A DNA stretch of 64,000 nucleotides, from the NCBI GenBank assembly GCA_051942205.1, contig JAVECO010000051.1:1-64000 (forward strand). The letters are read 5' to 3'. This DNA is from Coniocarpon cinnabarinum (Eukaryota). The translations under genes were made by a program, and so were the position numbers. The notes beneath the pieces are model-generated. The model had not been told where the DNA came from. It did not search any database and saw only the letters and a list, made by a program, of their open reading frames with translations. Positions 49,319-61,200 of this stretch are shown in pieces. Within the stretch, counting starts at the first letter, position 1, and every line of letters starts with the position of its first letter.

Positions 49319-50503
49319 TCAAGCCGGCATTTCATGTCTCTCAGCCACGCTCTCCTTTGGCGAAACCGGCATCGAACTGGCCTCGACCGGCTTGTTCGAT
49401 GCATCTAGCTCCGTAGGCTCTGTAGGTGTACCGACTTTCTCGTCTGCTGGTAATCCTGTCGTAGATGCTGCTGAGTTTGGCTGTGTTGGGCCTTCCGCTC
49501 GGTCTCCCACATCTTCCGTTGGTACTGCTTCATGATTATGACGTTTGCGTCGTTTGAGTAAGAGGAAGCCAATCAGTGCAAGCGCCGCTAAACCTACTGC
49601 GGCTGCGCCGACGCCGATGCCTGCTTTTGCACCTCCTGAGAGACTCTGAGAATCAGACGTCGCATTTGGCGATGTGCTCACAGACAGAGTAGTCGGAATC
49701 GAAGGAGGTGCGGATGTTATACGACCAGTTGGAGGAGATGTTGGAGGGTGCTCGGCTTCGCCTGAGGTGCTTGAAACCGTCTGTTGAACCGTTTGTGTGA
49801 CCGTCGTCGGCTCCGACGACACTGTCGCATTATCTGGAAGGTAGTCGTTGTTCAGGTCGCAACGAGCAATATATGTATCTGAGTAGTTGTAGCCGTCTCT
49901 AACGCAGCTGGTTCCGAGGGGACAGCACAGATCAGGTGCTATGCGATTCATTAACGAGCGTCTCAGTCAATGTGTATCAACCATACCGCATCGATCGGTG
50001 CCGGCATCGTCACAATAGTTGTATACGGTCGAATCATAGTCGGCATAACATCCTCCACCTCTAGAAGTCGTAAGCCACAACACTTCGCGTCCCAGGTTGT
50101 GACTAATGCTCACTCCACACAGCAAAAGCCGGCGTCCTCAGGCGCGTAGCAGAATGGATAGATAGATTCAGTGCTCAGGCCTAAGTTGTGTCAGTGAATA
50201 TTACCTAACGCTCAGTGAGGGCAGTGACTTGCAGCAGAGTGTAACAGTAACGTTTGAATCCCCTGGTGTGCAATAATCGTCGTAGCGTGCTGGTCCAAAG
50301 CGATCGCTGCATTCATCTCTGCGGTGCAGCGAATGTTCAAGAGCCGATAGAGTAGGTGTTGTGAGCGGGCGATGTGCCACCACTTTGTTTGGCGCAAAGA
50401 CTGTGGACGAGGAAGGTATGATGAGTTCACGCGTAGCGAGTGTGGGGGAGAGAACATTGGGTATCGTAACGAAAGAACACCATAATGAAGTTCGAAGAGC
50501 CAT
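49319..50503 (-). CDS. Single-pass cell-surface protein (Cys-rich and Ser/Thr-rich ectodomain, Mid2-like TM)
   Basis: N-terminal leader, spliced Cys-rich exons, an S/T-rich stalk, LSGGAKAGIGVGAAAVGLAALALIGFLLLKRRKR, and an ELDA tail motif. Confidence 0.8.
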
Positions 50504-51292
50504 GGTGAGGGAGATATACTCTGCTATCAGAAGTTCTAAATTGGGGCAAGAGCAGTGAAACTGGACAAGATGTGACGTCTTGAGTTTAGTTTGGAGCTTA
50601 TGCTACATATGTCCTGATTGGGATCACCGTTGAGACGAAATTGTCATCAAGATGAAAAGGTCGTTGAATTTGCAAACACACCTGTAGCCTACCACACAGG
50701 ACTCAACGCCATTTCAATACGAGATTTATCCCCCGTAAACTCGTACCTTTTGCAAACGTCGACTTTGAACTCTATGTACAGAGTACCACAAGAATTCAAG
50801 CAGTTGGTCAAAGACGAAGCATGCACCTGCTCGACAAGCATGTTGAACCATGGATACGCTAGAGACGAAAACGGCTAGATCGTATGCGTCATGCGGGCCG
50901 ATCCGAGATCGGGTATGGCCGACTCCAATTAAATGAATGATCGTCTCGACCATGCGAAATATTTCTTTGTGTTCTTTGAACAAATAGACTCTGTCGTATG
51001 CGTCATGTGCAAACCAATGCTTCGTTCATTGCCGCTCAGCTACGCCGATTGTGCATTTTCCAAGTCGGCAGAGCGCTTCGCGGACCTTCATTCTGCACCT
51101 TGATCACGTGTCAAGCTCATCCCTGATGTTGACGCGCGTGCGATCTTTTTGCATACTCCCATACTGGTCTTCTCAATGAAAGGTAACGCACTACTGCACG
51201 CGTCCCTAGAGATCAGCTAGAAGCTAGACTCAGCAACGATGCTTCGATGAATTGCTCAGATCTCGCCGCGTTTCCTCTAGGACTGCAACCTC

Positions 51293-52523
51293 ATGGCTTC
51301 GCTCCCCTACTACTACCATTCCCGCCCCAAGTCGCCCAAGCCCAACTCACGCTCCTTCACGGCCACGAAATCTCGACGCAGAAGCTTCTCAGTCGTCGTC
51401 CTGTTATGCATGTCAGTGCTATTCTACTTCTACCACGGCGGCTTGCAAAAGCGTGAAGATGATTTGAGTACCGCAGCGCCCCACTCCTTGTCGCAAACGT
51501 TATTGGGGAAGCCGCGGAAAGCGTTGATCGTTGCAGCCATGAAGGGCGATGATACGTCTTGGTTAGACGAACATTTGTCTGAATGGGAGCGTTACATATA
51601 TGTGGTCAACGATCCCAAGGCAAATCTCACCGTGGCGAAAAACAAAGGTCGAGAGTCCAACGTCTATCTGACGTATCTGATTGATAATTATGACAACTTG
51701 CCAGACTATATGCTCTTTTTGCATGCGCTTCGATACCAGTGGCATAATGAGGATCCGATGTATGGTGAGTTTGAGACTATTCGAGTCTACTCCCATAAGC
51801 TCACAATGGCTATGTACTATCCTCTTACTCTGAAACATTGTTGAGGTTCGCCTCAGGCCTGCCACTTAGTACTGACACAGCCAATGCAGACGGTCTGCCC
51901 ATGATCCGGTCCCTTCGCTTGCCTCACGTTGCAGAGGAAGGGTTCGCCAACGTCCGATGCACTTGGATGCTGGGCTGCCCCAATGAAGTAAAGCCACGGC
52001 TGGACTCTACTACAGCGGGTGCAGACGAATACAGCCGTGTTCGCGTCGAAGCTGCCTATGCTGATGCCCATCGCCATTTCTTTCCTCATCGGCCAGTCCC
52101 CACAGAGGTGGGCGCCCACTGTGGCGCCCAGTTCGCAATGACACGCGACAAAGTCCAAGAGCGACCACGAAGTGACTACGAGATGTACCGCAAGTGGTTA
52201 TGGGACACGAAGCTGGACGATGATGTTAGCGGACGGGTCTTGGAGTATACCTGGCATAGTAAGTCTTGACCATAGGCATAGCTTTCGCTCGCGCTAAGAA
52301 TGCTTTGCTAATGCTGCCTTCAGTCATCATGGGCAAACCATCCGTCCATTGTCCAGATGCAGGAGACTGCTTTTGCGAAAAATATGGACTGTGCAATCTG
52401 AACTGTGCTCAAGATCACTGCGAGAAGCGCTTTCATCTGCCGCAGTACGCTACCATTCCTTTCGGGTGGCCAGAATACGGGCCTGGTCAAGATGGGTTCC
52501 CGGAGAAGGATTGGTGGCTTTGA
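51293..52523 (+). CDS. DUF3431 family type II membrane protein
   Basis: NKGRESNVYLTYLIDNYDNLPD, FLHALRYQWHNEDP, GFANVRC, CGAQFAMTR, SGRVLEYTWH and HCPDAGDCFCEKYGLC. Two introns. Confidence 0.9.
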
Positions 52524-52628
52524 GGTTTTCGCTCCTTGCTCTATGAGCCCGCCATTGTTATCTGTATGCTCTTTGCTCTCATGGCACAGATTCAATCAAT
52601 ACACTATCCTTGGCACATCATTCATGGT

Positions 52629-52778
52629 AATGTCACGGACGAAAGTCGTTGCCAGAGCTCGATCCAGGCGAGATGCCCGCACGATGAGATCAATTCAAGC
52701 TACAAAGCTACGATTATGACAGCGAAAGTCTTTTCTAACTTGCAAGACGCTGAATCACAATGCGGCAAGTACTTTCTT
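52629..52778 (+). repeat. Dispersed 150-bp repeat, copy D
   Basis: GTCACGGACGAAAGTCGTTGCCAG...ACAAAGCTA...GCGAAAGTC...TGCGGCAAGTACTTTC, collinear with copy B. Confidence 0.85.
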
Positions 52779-54094
52779 CATTATAATGGTGAGCATCTCC
52801 AATCGCGCCTGCTTTGTTTTGCGTCTATTGCTGAACAATGTCCTCTACTCAGTTGCTCCACAAGTTACAAGTCCTTCCTTGTTGTCCTGGTTATGATCGC
52901 ATTGTTTCCCAGAATCTCACGGTGTTCGAGTCATCGCACTCGTCAACATGCCGAACGTTGCATACTAACAGTCTTCAGGTCATGTCGCAGTTGCCTCGCA
53001 CCCGACTGCTTGAGGACTCTGAATCTGTTTGGAGTCGCTGAAAGCGGCTTATCCCTACCGACGTCTGGCTATCATGCTGCAGCTTGTGGTAGCCTTGCCG
53101 TCCGTAGCTTCGGCTCCACGCAAAGCCTCGTCGCCGTATCTAGGCTGCTCTCCGCTTCGTCGGACACATTCTAATTGCTTGAGTAACACTACGATCTCCG
53201 GATCATGATACTGGACCACCTTGGACAACATGGGCATACATGCGATGGCGATAGCTGCGTCTAGCTTGATACACCTGCTATTCGCCCTTGGCACCGTACC
53301 ACGGCATGCTGTTTTCCATCAACTACATCGTCAGCTGCGATCTGGCCTACCAGTAAGACGAATCACTGCTTGTCACTAGTCTGTGCCTGAAATAAGTCCC
53401 GAGGATCAAACCAAAGCAGCGCTGGCACTTAGTCAGTACGAGCCAATCTACCCAATATGATTCGCCTTGCAGCAGCATACGCAAACGAAAGCTTACAAAA
53501 CTTCTGTCAGAAAAATGAAAACGAGCTTGGGCTTCTTCTTTGCACGCAGATTCGGTTTCAACAGATCTCATGGACAGTATGAGGAGAAAGACTTCCATGC
53601 CGAGACCTATACCGGACACCACTGTAGAGGAACTGCATTCGTCGTTAATCCGGAGTGAGCCGCCACATGAAGGCCTTAAAGTAATCCTCGACATGCCAGA
53701 GATAGGCCTATACAATCGTGGCGCCTCCATACAAGATTACGGTGCAAAGCGCGGCAATATAGACACAAATCGTCAGCCATAGCAAAGGATGGAACAACCT
53801 CAGGTAAAGGACGAGAATCGACAGCTTTGCGAAGTCAAGTGCTGGAGTAGATAAATTGATTCAAAAACTGCTTCCCTACAAAACACCGTCAAGGCATCTA
53901 AAACATAGGCAATCTTGCAACAGGGCCGACGAACACAGATCCGTATTCGCCTCGAGGCTCTTTTCAGACTCACGTTCCATAAATGAGAACCTGTGAAACC
54001 GCGTTCTGTATTGCGATGATCCGCCAGCCAATATCTATATCACCGTCGATGCCGGAGTACGCTTTTCAGTCACGGCGACACCCATGGGTCTCAT

Positions 54095-54244
54095 AGGAAA
54101 GTACTTGCCGCTATATTATTTAGCGTTCATGGAGTTACAAGGGGCCTTCGCCGTCATACTTGGAGCTTTGTGACCCAGATTTTTCCTGTCTTAGGCGCTC
54201 GTTGTGCAGACTGAGGACCGGCAGTGACTTTTGTCTGTGACCCT
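54095..54244 (-). repeat. Dispersed 150-bp repeat, copy E (inverted)
   Basis: Reverse complement reads AGGGTCACAGACAAAAGTCACTGCCGG...GGGTCACAAAGCT...GCGGCAAGTACTTTCCT. Confidence 0.85.
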
Positions 54245-54527
54245 TGACGCACCTGGAGACTGACAAGTCAATGTTCCATGGGCTGCAGGCATGGAGCGAA
54301 AGTACCCATCCCTGTGCCTATGACAAGGACTTCCTGCAACGTCCAGCTAACATCTTTCAACACAGATTTAATATACATAAAGGTCTCTATACGTGCAAAT
54401 CATGTTTCATGAACCGAGCTGCTCTACGTCTTGCGCCTCGTCAACAAGCGGATAAACCACCTCGATCGGATCAGATAAGCAAAGAGGGCATAGTGCGATT
54501 CATCCTGTACTTCCTGGACTCCATCCT

Positions 54528-55295
54528 CTAGGCATCTCCCAGACATCTTCTCAAGAATGCAGCCAGACTGTTGTACCCCGCCGGCTCCGCTATCCAATGC
54601 TCATCACCTTCATAAGGATGAAACGCCACGTCCATAAACAGCCTACACATTGTTTCGCAAGCCTTCTCGCCGTGTTCAAAGTTAACCACGCCATCTCCCT
54701 GCCCATGCCCAATGTAAATGGGCACCTCTGTCATTACCCAAGTAGCTGACGTGTCAAGCCCAATACGCTTCTCATAAAGCTCAGCCTGCGTCGTGCTCCC
54801 TCGGATGACGGATTGTAGCTCATTCTGAAACGGGATCCAGCCGCACAGCCCAACGAAGCCACCAAGTCGATAAGAGCTCGACAGCAGTACATGCGCCGCC
54901 ACCGCGAAACCCTGACTAATCCCCGCAAGAACGATGTTACCCACAGAAACGTGTGTCATCTCCTCATCAATGAGACCGCGAATGTACTGAATAGACTCTC
55001 TTAGCCCGTCGATCTGGCGATCTTGCTCTGCGTCTGGGTCGCTCAGTGAGTAAATGTCGAATCATTCTGTCAGCCCTTCTTGAAACACAGTCGAGTACCG
55101 CAGGTGCGCGCTCGGGAACACCAATTTGCAGCCTTTTGTTTGGACGGCGTCCTGCAAAGAAAGGTTGGTGGATGTGCGACCTTTGAGAAGCTGAAAAGCG
55201 AGCTCTTCGCCGTCGCTGTCGCGGCCATGGATGAATATGATAGTGTGAGTGTGTTTTTCTGCTGGTGCCATTACGTGTGGTTCTGGGAACGCCAT
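54528..55295 (-). pseudogene. Acyl-protein thioesterase/phospholipase-carboxylesterase with one in-frame TGA
   Basis: HTHTIIFIHGRDS, VFPSA, TE*FDIYSLSDP, LAGISQG, GHGQGDGVV and YEGDEHWI all lie in one continuous frame apart from TGA at 55064-55062. Confidence 0.8.
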
Positions 55296-56439
55296 GATGT
55301 TACTTCGCACGTAATGCTGTCTCGAAAGATGCCAATATTTCTAATGAATATGACTCGCTATTCATAGAGAGTCGCTGTTAATGCAAAGCTGAGTGGATTG
55401 TGGGAGCTGTAGGTGATTGGTGAAAGCGAAGGGTGCCAAGCAGGTTGGAAGAGGATACTTTTTGATAAATGACGCTCAGAGGAGGCAGTGCTCTGAAAAG
55501 CTTCTCCAATCATGTGGGTTTTACGTGAGTGACTCAGTCACTTTGACTGATGGGCAAGCATGCATGCGTAATGAGTACGTCATTCTATGCTGAAGCTTCT
55601 CAAGTCGTGTCTCTACCATCATTTCAAAATCCTGTAATCCAGCTTTGGTATCCTGAATCTCTATAATTTCCGTCCAAAAAGGAGGGCTGCCATGCTACAA
55701 GTGTAGCTGAAGCGGAGTCTACGCAGATGAAGGTCAATGTGCAGAAGCGGTGGCGTAGTGAGAAACAGAAGCTGTTCCTGAAGATTTTTCAAGACAGCTA
55801 TACAGTCAAATCGTCTTAAGCAGGAAAAGTCTCTTGGTTCTGTTGAAAAAAATGGACTCCAAGATTAGCAGCCTTCATGAAGTCATGAATATTCATGGAG
55901 ATGACATTTTATTTGCGCTGCAGCATTTGAGCCACAATTCATGACACCATACCTTGAGCATGCGTCTGGGCTGGTTGCGGTTTTAGGAAGCCCCTGCCAT
56001 CACCGTCATGATTTCATCCTTTTAAGTGACATTTACTGGACTTGGTCGGATTTCTTGATTGTATATGCAAAACAAGTTCTCAGAAAGATGGCAAATTTTT
56101 CTGTAGTCAGCAGAAATACATATCTTGGGTATACGCGATTTCATTGTCTTCACGCATTTAGTCCAGCAAACTTCTTTTCATCGCATCTACCGTAGTCCTG
56201 TTCTGAATCAAGCAGTAGTTGCACTCAATCAGACGAGAAAGTACGATGTTGTCCCTGGACGAAAGTACATCAGTAAGTGCTATAGACGAAGAGTGCCCTT
56301 CACACAAGAAGATTCGGCAAATCTCTCTGCACAGTTCTCGAAAACCCACATATGGAAGCTCACATTGCGCTTCGGGCCCGTTTCTATGTAGTCGCTGTTC
56401 AGGCATAGTCCTGAGCCTATCGAGATTAGAATACCTGCA

Positions 56440-56985
56440 AAAGTGCCGGCGAAGCCCTTTTGCTTCTTTTAATACACAAATATCTCGCTGTCCCATGGCC
56501 TGTTATTCGAGCTGCACATGAATTTGGTGAGGAGTTGGACTAAGAGCAATGAGACTACTGAACCTGTAGGCCGAGCGGCGAAGCTCTCTTGCGTCTCGTT
56601 AAGCACCGCAATTTCGTTATAATAAGTGCTGTTATATTGACGGCTCATAAGTCTTGATGAAGAGCGCTCTGCTTAAGGACACAGAGGTTACTGAACCTGC
56701 AAACATAGCGGCAAAGCTGCCTCGCGTCCCATAAAGCACTATTCTTTCGTTGTCATAAAGGCTGTTAGCTTAGCGGTAAAATTTCAAGAAGAGCTTTCTG
56801 CCGAAAGTGTTGAGGCTGAAGGATCTGCTGGTATAGCGGCAAAGCTCTTCTACGTGTTATAAAGTACTATTATCTCGTTATCATAAGGGCTATTATCTTA
56901 ATGATACATGAGTTTGATTGAAGAGCGTTGAGCCCAGGACATGGACACTACTGTACTTGCGAGCATAGTGGCAAGCTTGAGAAGT
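56440..56985 (-). repeat. Degenerate tandem repeat, about 4.5 copies of 128-133 bp, probably a decayed repeat-protein gene
   Basis: An anchor GCGGC(A/G)AAGC-like word recurs at 56446, 56575, 56708, 56836 and 56968. Minus-strand translations align: NSTYYNEIAVLNETQESFAA / NSLYDNERIVLYGTRGSFAA / NSPYDNEIIVLYNT*KSFAA. Confidence 0.8.
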
Positions 56986-58283
56986 ACTGTCCTATCGCTA
57001 AATTGATATCTAGAAAATTGCTGTTGCAGCAAAGACGTCGCAAACATCGCAAATTAAAATTCGGCGCAGCAACCAGATATCAGCATTCGAGCCCCATCTG
57101 TAAGTTCCACGCTTCGTACGATGTCCTCTCCACTCTCAAGAAGCGGCGAGGGGATCTCTCATTCAGAGATAGATGTCACTGCAGGGCCTGAATCCTAGTT
57201 ACGGCTGCTTTGCAGTGTATATAGTCATTGCAAACCTGCAAAAATGTGCATGACATCACGGCGGCTCCCCAACACCACGAGCCGGCAAAAGATGCCAGCA
57301 AAGCCATCGTTCCGCAAGAAGAATAATACTTCCTATCTTCGCATCTCGGCTTTTTTTCACTTGCGAGTAATGTTTGAGAAAGCGACATTAGCCGCAGCGA
57401 ATGCAGCCGTCAAAAAAGCAGTGAGTGATGCTCAGTTCTTAACCAAAGGTGACCAAGTCTCGCAGTAGGCACATCGCTTAGGTCGTGTCTTTCATCGCTC
57501 TGCTCGATAGCCCTATTCAATACCCTTCTCCAATGTCATGCTCTAGTGCTCTAGCCAAAGCTCTGTTTGAAGTGGTATATATTACTCTTCCCGAAAACCT
57601 CTCAGAGGATCTAGCGAGTCCTGTCTAAGTGAAAAAGTGTATGTGGCCCGAGCTAAGCGATAAACGCGGTATCCTCCCCGTCGACTAGACTTTTGCCACT
57701 CAGTATCTAGCAGGTATACCCCGTGTCTTAAGTAATATTATCGGCGGCAAATATTGACCGTATTGTTGAAGACTTGCTTTGGATCAACCTAATGCAGGTT
57801 ATGCGAGCATCCGGACCAGACCTTGCGGGCTTGCCCTCTAGTATCATATTGCGACCTAGAAGATGAGACGTCCCATGATACAATTGTTAATTCACTCATC
57901 CCATCCTTAAAGAAACGACTGTGGCGCTGTCTCACTTCTGAGCGAAGAGTCGTTGCCCAGTAAATTCTGATCTGACAAAGAATGGCGAGGCTTTTGCTGC
58001 ATTCCGGTTCAGGTAGCGATAGTAAAGCTTAGCATGGTATACATTTATGTCTAGACCCTTGCGCGATTGAGCGCATCCATCGCTTGTCCCAACAATCTGT
58101 CTTGCACACGAAGCGAAGCTTTGTCGCCAGCCAAGACATGCTGAGCTGCAGAAAACTGCTTATTCAAATGTCTATTGTATAATGGTACATATCTCTATTC
58201 AAAGCGTCGACCCCGCGGAACACGGCGGTGCGTTCCTTTGCAGATTCTCCCTGAGCCAAGCCAAATCCTCCGCTGATGACATT

Positions 58284-61200
58284 TCAACGTGCTGTTGTTT
58301 CCGCTGAAGCTTGAGGTGACCCATTCCCATGGACTTGCCCACTCGCTCCTCCGTTGACCTGCCCACTTCCCTGCACATTAGCCTGCATATTAGCCAGCCA
58401 ATTAATATCATGCGTGTGTCCAGCGTTCCGATTACCAGTCAATCCACCCATTTGACCATTCCTCTGCGCCTGGCCCAGCTGTCCCCCAGCACTTTCTCCA
58501 ACGCCGGGCGTAGCTGTTGGATTGCTGTTCATGAAATCGATATTTCCCGGACCAAGAATGCCCGCGCTCCCAAACGGCGCACCACCCGACACACCAGGAT
58601 ACGGTGGATAGCCGCCAGGCGGTCTCGGCGCAGTCCCACTCATGCGTCGAAACCCACTCGACGCCGGCGCCGCCATGAACTGTCGATTCTTTACCGCCTG
58701 CATCTCCGCTTCCTGCCGTGCAGCTTTCTGGCGCTTCGACTGCGCCAGCGTACCCCTGACGCCTGACAGATACTTCGTAGCCTCCTGCACAAGTTGGCGG
58801 TCCTCAGGCGACCGCTTCAACGCTTGTAACATTGTGCGGACCTGGGTCTCGGAGCGAATATGTGGACAAGTGCGCGCTACGCCATAGTGCGCAACGCCGC
58901 AGAGGTTGCAGATTTCGGCCCCGGCGATCTTGAGGGGGCAGTAGCCGCGGCGGTGGGAGGTGTTGCAGGCAATGCACTGGACGACCGGCGGCGGGTTGGC
59001 GACGTCTTCGGGTGTTGCGAGAGTTGGTAATTGGGCGGGGTCAGATGGCCACTCGATGTTGGAGCGGCGAAAGCGAGGGGCGGTCTTGGGCTTTGACGGT
59101 GGTGCTCGTGGAGGTGCGGGTGCTGCTTGTGAGGACGTCGTGCGTGCAGGCTTAGGAGTGCTTTTTTCGGGGGCACCAGCAAGCTCGGCGGCGGCGTCTC
59201 TGGCTCCCTCTTCCTCTTCCAGTTCCTCTTCGTCAGTTTTGTCCTTGTCTGAATCCTCGGCTTGGAAGTCAGTATCTGATGATTCATCCTTGTGGCGACC
59301 ACGACCTTTGCTGGGCGTTTCACCTGGTTGTTGTTGGTCGCCTGCCGTGTAGTCGATCGTCTGTCGTGCTCGTTTGCCTCGACCAAGTGCTTGTTGCCGA
59401 CATACTGCTTCTTCGGCGGCAGCGCGCTCACGTTCTTGCAAGATCTTCTCCCAGACTCCTGGATCAGGAGCCCTGGCTTCGCCGTCTGATTCTTCGATAC
59501 TGTCGGCAAGTGATTCGTTGTCGTTCGCCCACACACGCGCGAATGAGAACTGTGACTCTGCTGATTGATCCTCGCCTGTCTTGGACTCTTCAATCTGACT
59601 ACGGTCAAGCAGCTTCTCAACAGACTCGCTGTCATACTTCAATTCTTTTGTACTGTCCTCCTCTAATAGTTCTGCAGCGCCGTGCTTGATGATCGACTCG
59701 AGATCCAAGTTGCTGTCATCCTCTGCGTCCATCTGATCAATCAGGACATGATCGAGAGCCATTTTCCTTCGCCCGATCTGCACTATCTTTTCTTCGGCAC
59801 TCGCTCGTGTCATGAGCTGGAAACAAAGAACCTTTTTCTTTTGGCCAATACGGTGAGCTCTTGATAGGGCCTGGATGTCTTGATGGGGGTTGAAATCGGG
59901 GTCAAGGATGATGACAGTATCTGCGGTAGCCAGGTTGATGCCAATCCCTCCAGCTCGGGTAGACAAGAGAAAGGCAAAGAGCTCTGAGTCGGGTGCGTTG
60001 AACTTGTCAATGCGCTTTTGCTTTTGCATGGCAGAGATGGTGCCATCGAGACGTTCGAACATCATGCCCATGCCATTCAAAAAGTCTTCGATGATATCCA
60101 GCATGTTCAGAAACTGACTGAATATCAGAACACGGTGGCCACGCGCCTTGAGCTTCGGCAGCAGGATAGACAATAGCTCCAGCTTCGATCCAGCCTCGAC
60201 GAGGTTGCGATGAGAGAGCCCGTGGTCTGTCACACGCTCCTCAATGTCTTGGCTGTAGACGAAAGGATGACACAAGCACTTGCGCAACTGCATCAAGATG
60301 TTGCTGAGATTGGTGCGCTCAGCCTTAGCAACAGCCTTTTCTGAGAAGATGGCCTTGATCAGATCGCCGTTCTTCGCAAGAATGGACTTGTAGAGTTTCT
60401 TCTGCAGAACACTCATTGATACTGGAACGATGATCTGACCCATCGGTGGCAAAAAGGTCAGCACTTCTGCTTTCGTCCGTCGGAGGAAGAAAGGTCGAAT
60501 CATATTGTGTAGTTGTGGGATGTTCTCTTTTGTCAACTCGGAATACTCGAGCTCCAGCTCTTCGGCATTGAAGTTCGCGTCAAGGAACTGCAGGAGATTG
60601 AAAAGCTCTCTCGGATTGTTCTGAAGGGGCGTGCCCGTGAGCAAGACGATGTATTGGATCTTGAGTTGACTTAGAGCGCCATAGAGGTTAGTCCTGTCAC
60701 TCTTCAGGCGCTGGCCTTCATCGACAATAAGTCCTTGCCATGGCACACTTTTGAAGAATCTGCGTGAGCTATCATCGGCTGCCGCTTCGTACGATGTCAC
60801 TACGACATGAGCTTTCAAGGTTTTGCTTCCCTCTGGGAACAGCTCGTGCTCGTAAGCAAGCCGACGAGCGGTCGACGAGCCGAAGTATGTGACTACTCGG
60901 AGTGAAGGCGCCCATTGCTTGATCTCGCGCCTCCAGTTTGGGCAAGTCGAATTCGGAACGACGATGAGGAAGGGAAAGCAGTTGTGGTCTTCAACGAGGG
61001 TCGCCAGGAGACCGATAATTTGAATCGTCTTTCCGAGGCCCATCTCGTCTGCAAGAATGCCAGTGGTTTGAAGATACCATCGATAATAGAGCCAGTTAAT
61101 GCCCTGTATTTGATACTTCATGAGATCGCCACCGACGAGGTTCTTGGGTTGTTCATGCTTTTCAAGCTTCTCAAAGTCTTGCGCACGAGCTTTCTCGAGA

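Noticed and set aside
52536..53174. 212-aa ORF sharing DESRC...CGKYF with the 61-aa ORF at 33831
   Set aside because: The similarity comes from the 150-bp DNA repeat. Other copies have stops in this frame, so a protein family is not supported.
55062..55064. TGA as evidence of an alternative genetic code or selenocysteine
   Set aside because: Many neighbouring genes end in TGA and use TGG for Trp, and the homologous residue is Trp rather than Cys.
56440..56985. CRISPR-like array
   Set aside because: The context is eukaryotic, the units are similar along their whole length with no unique spacers, and there are no cas genes.
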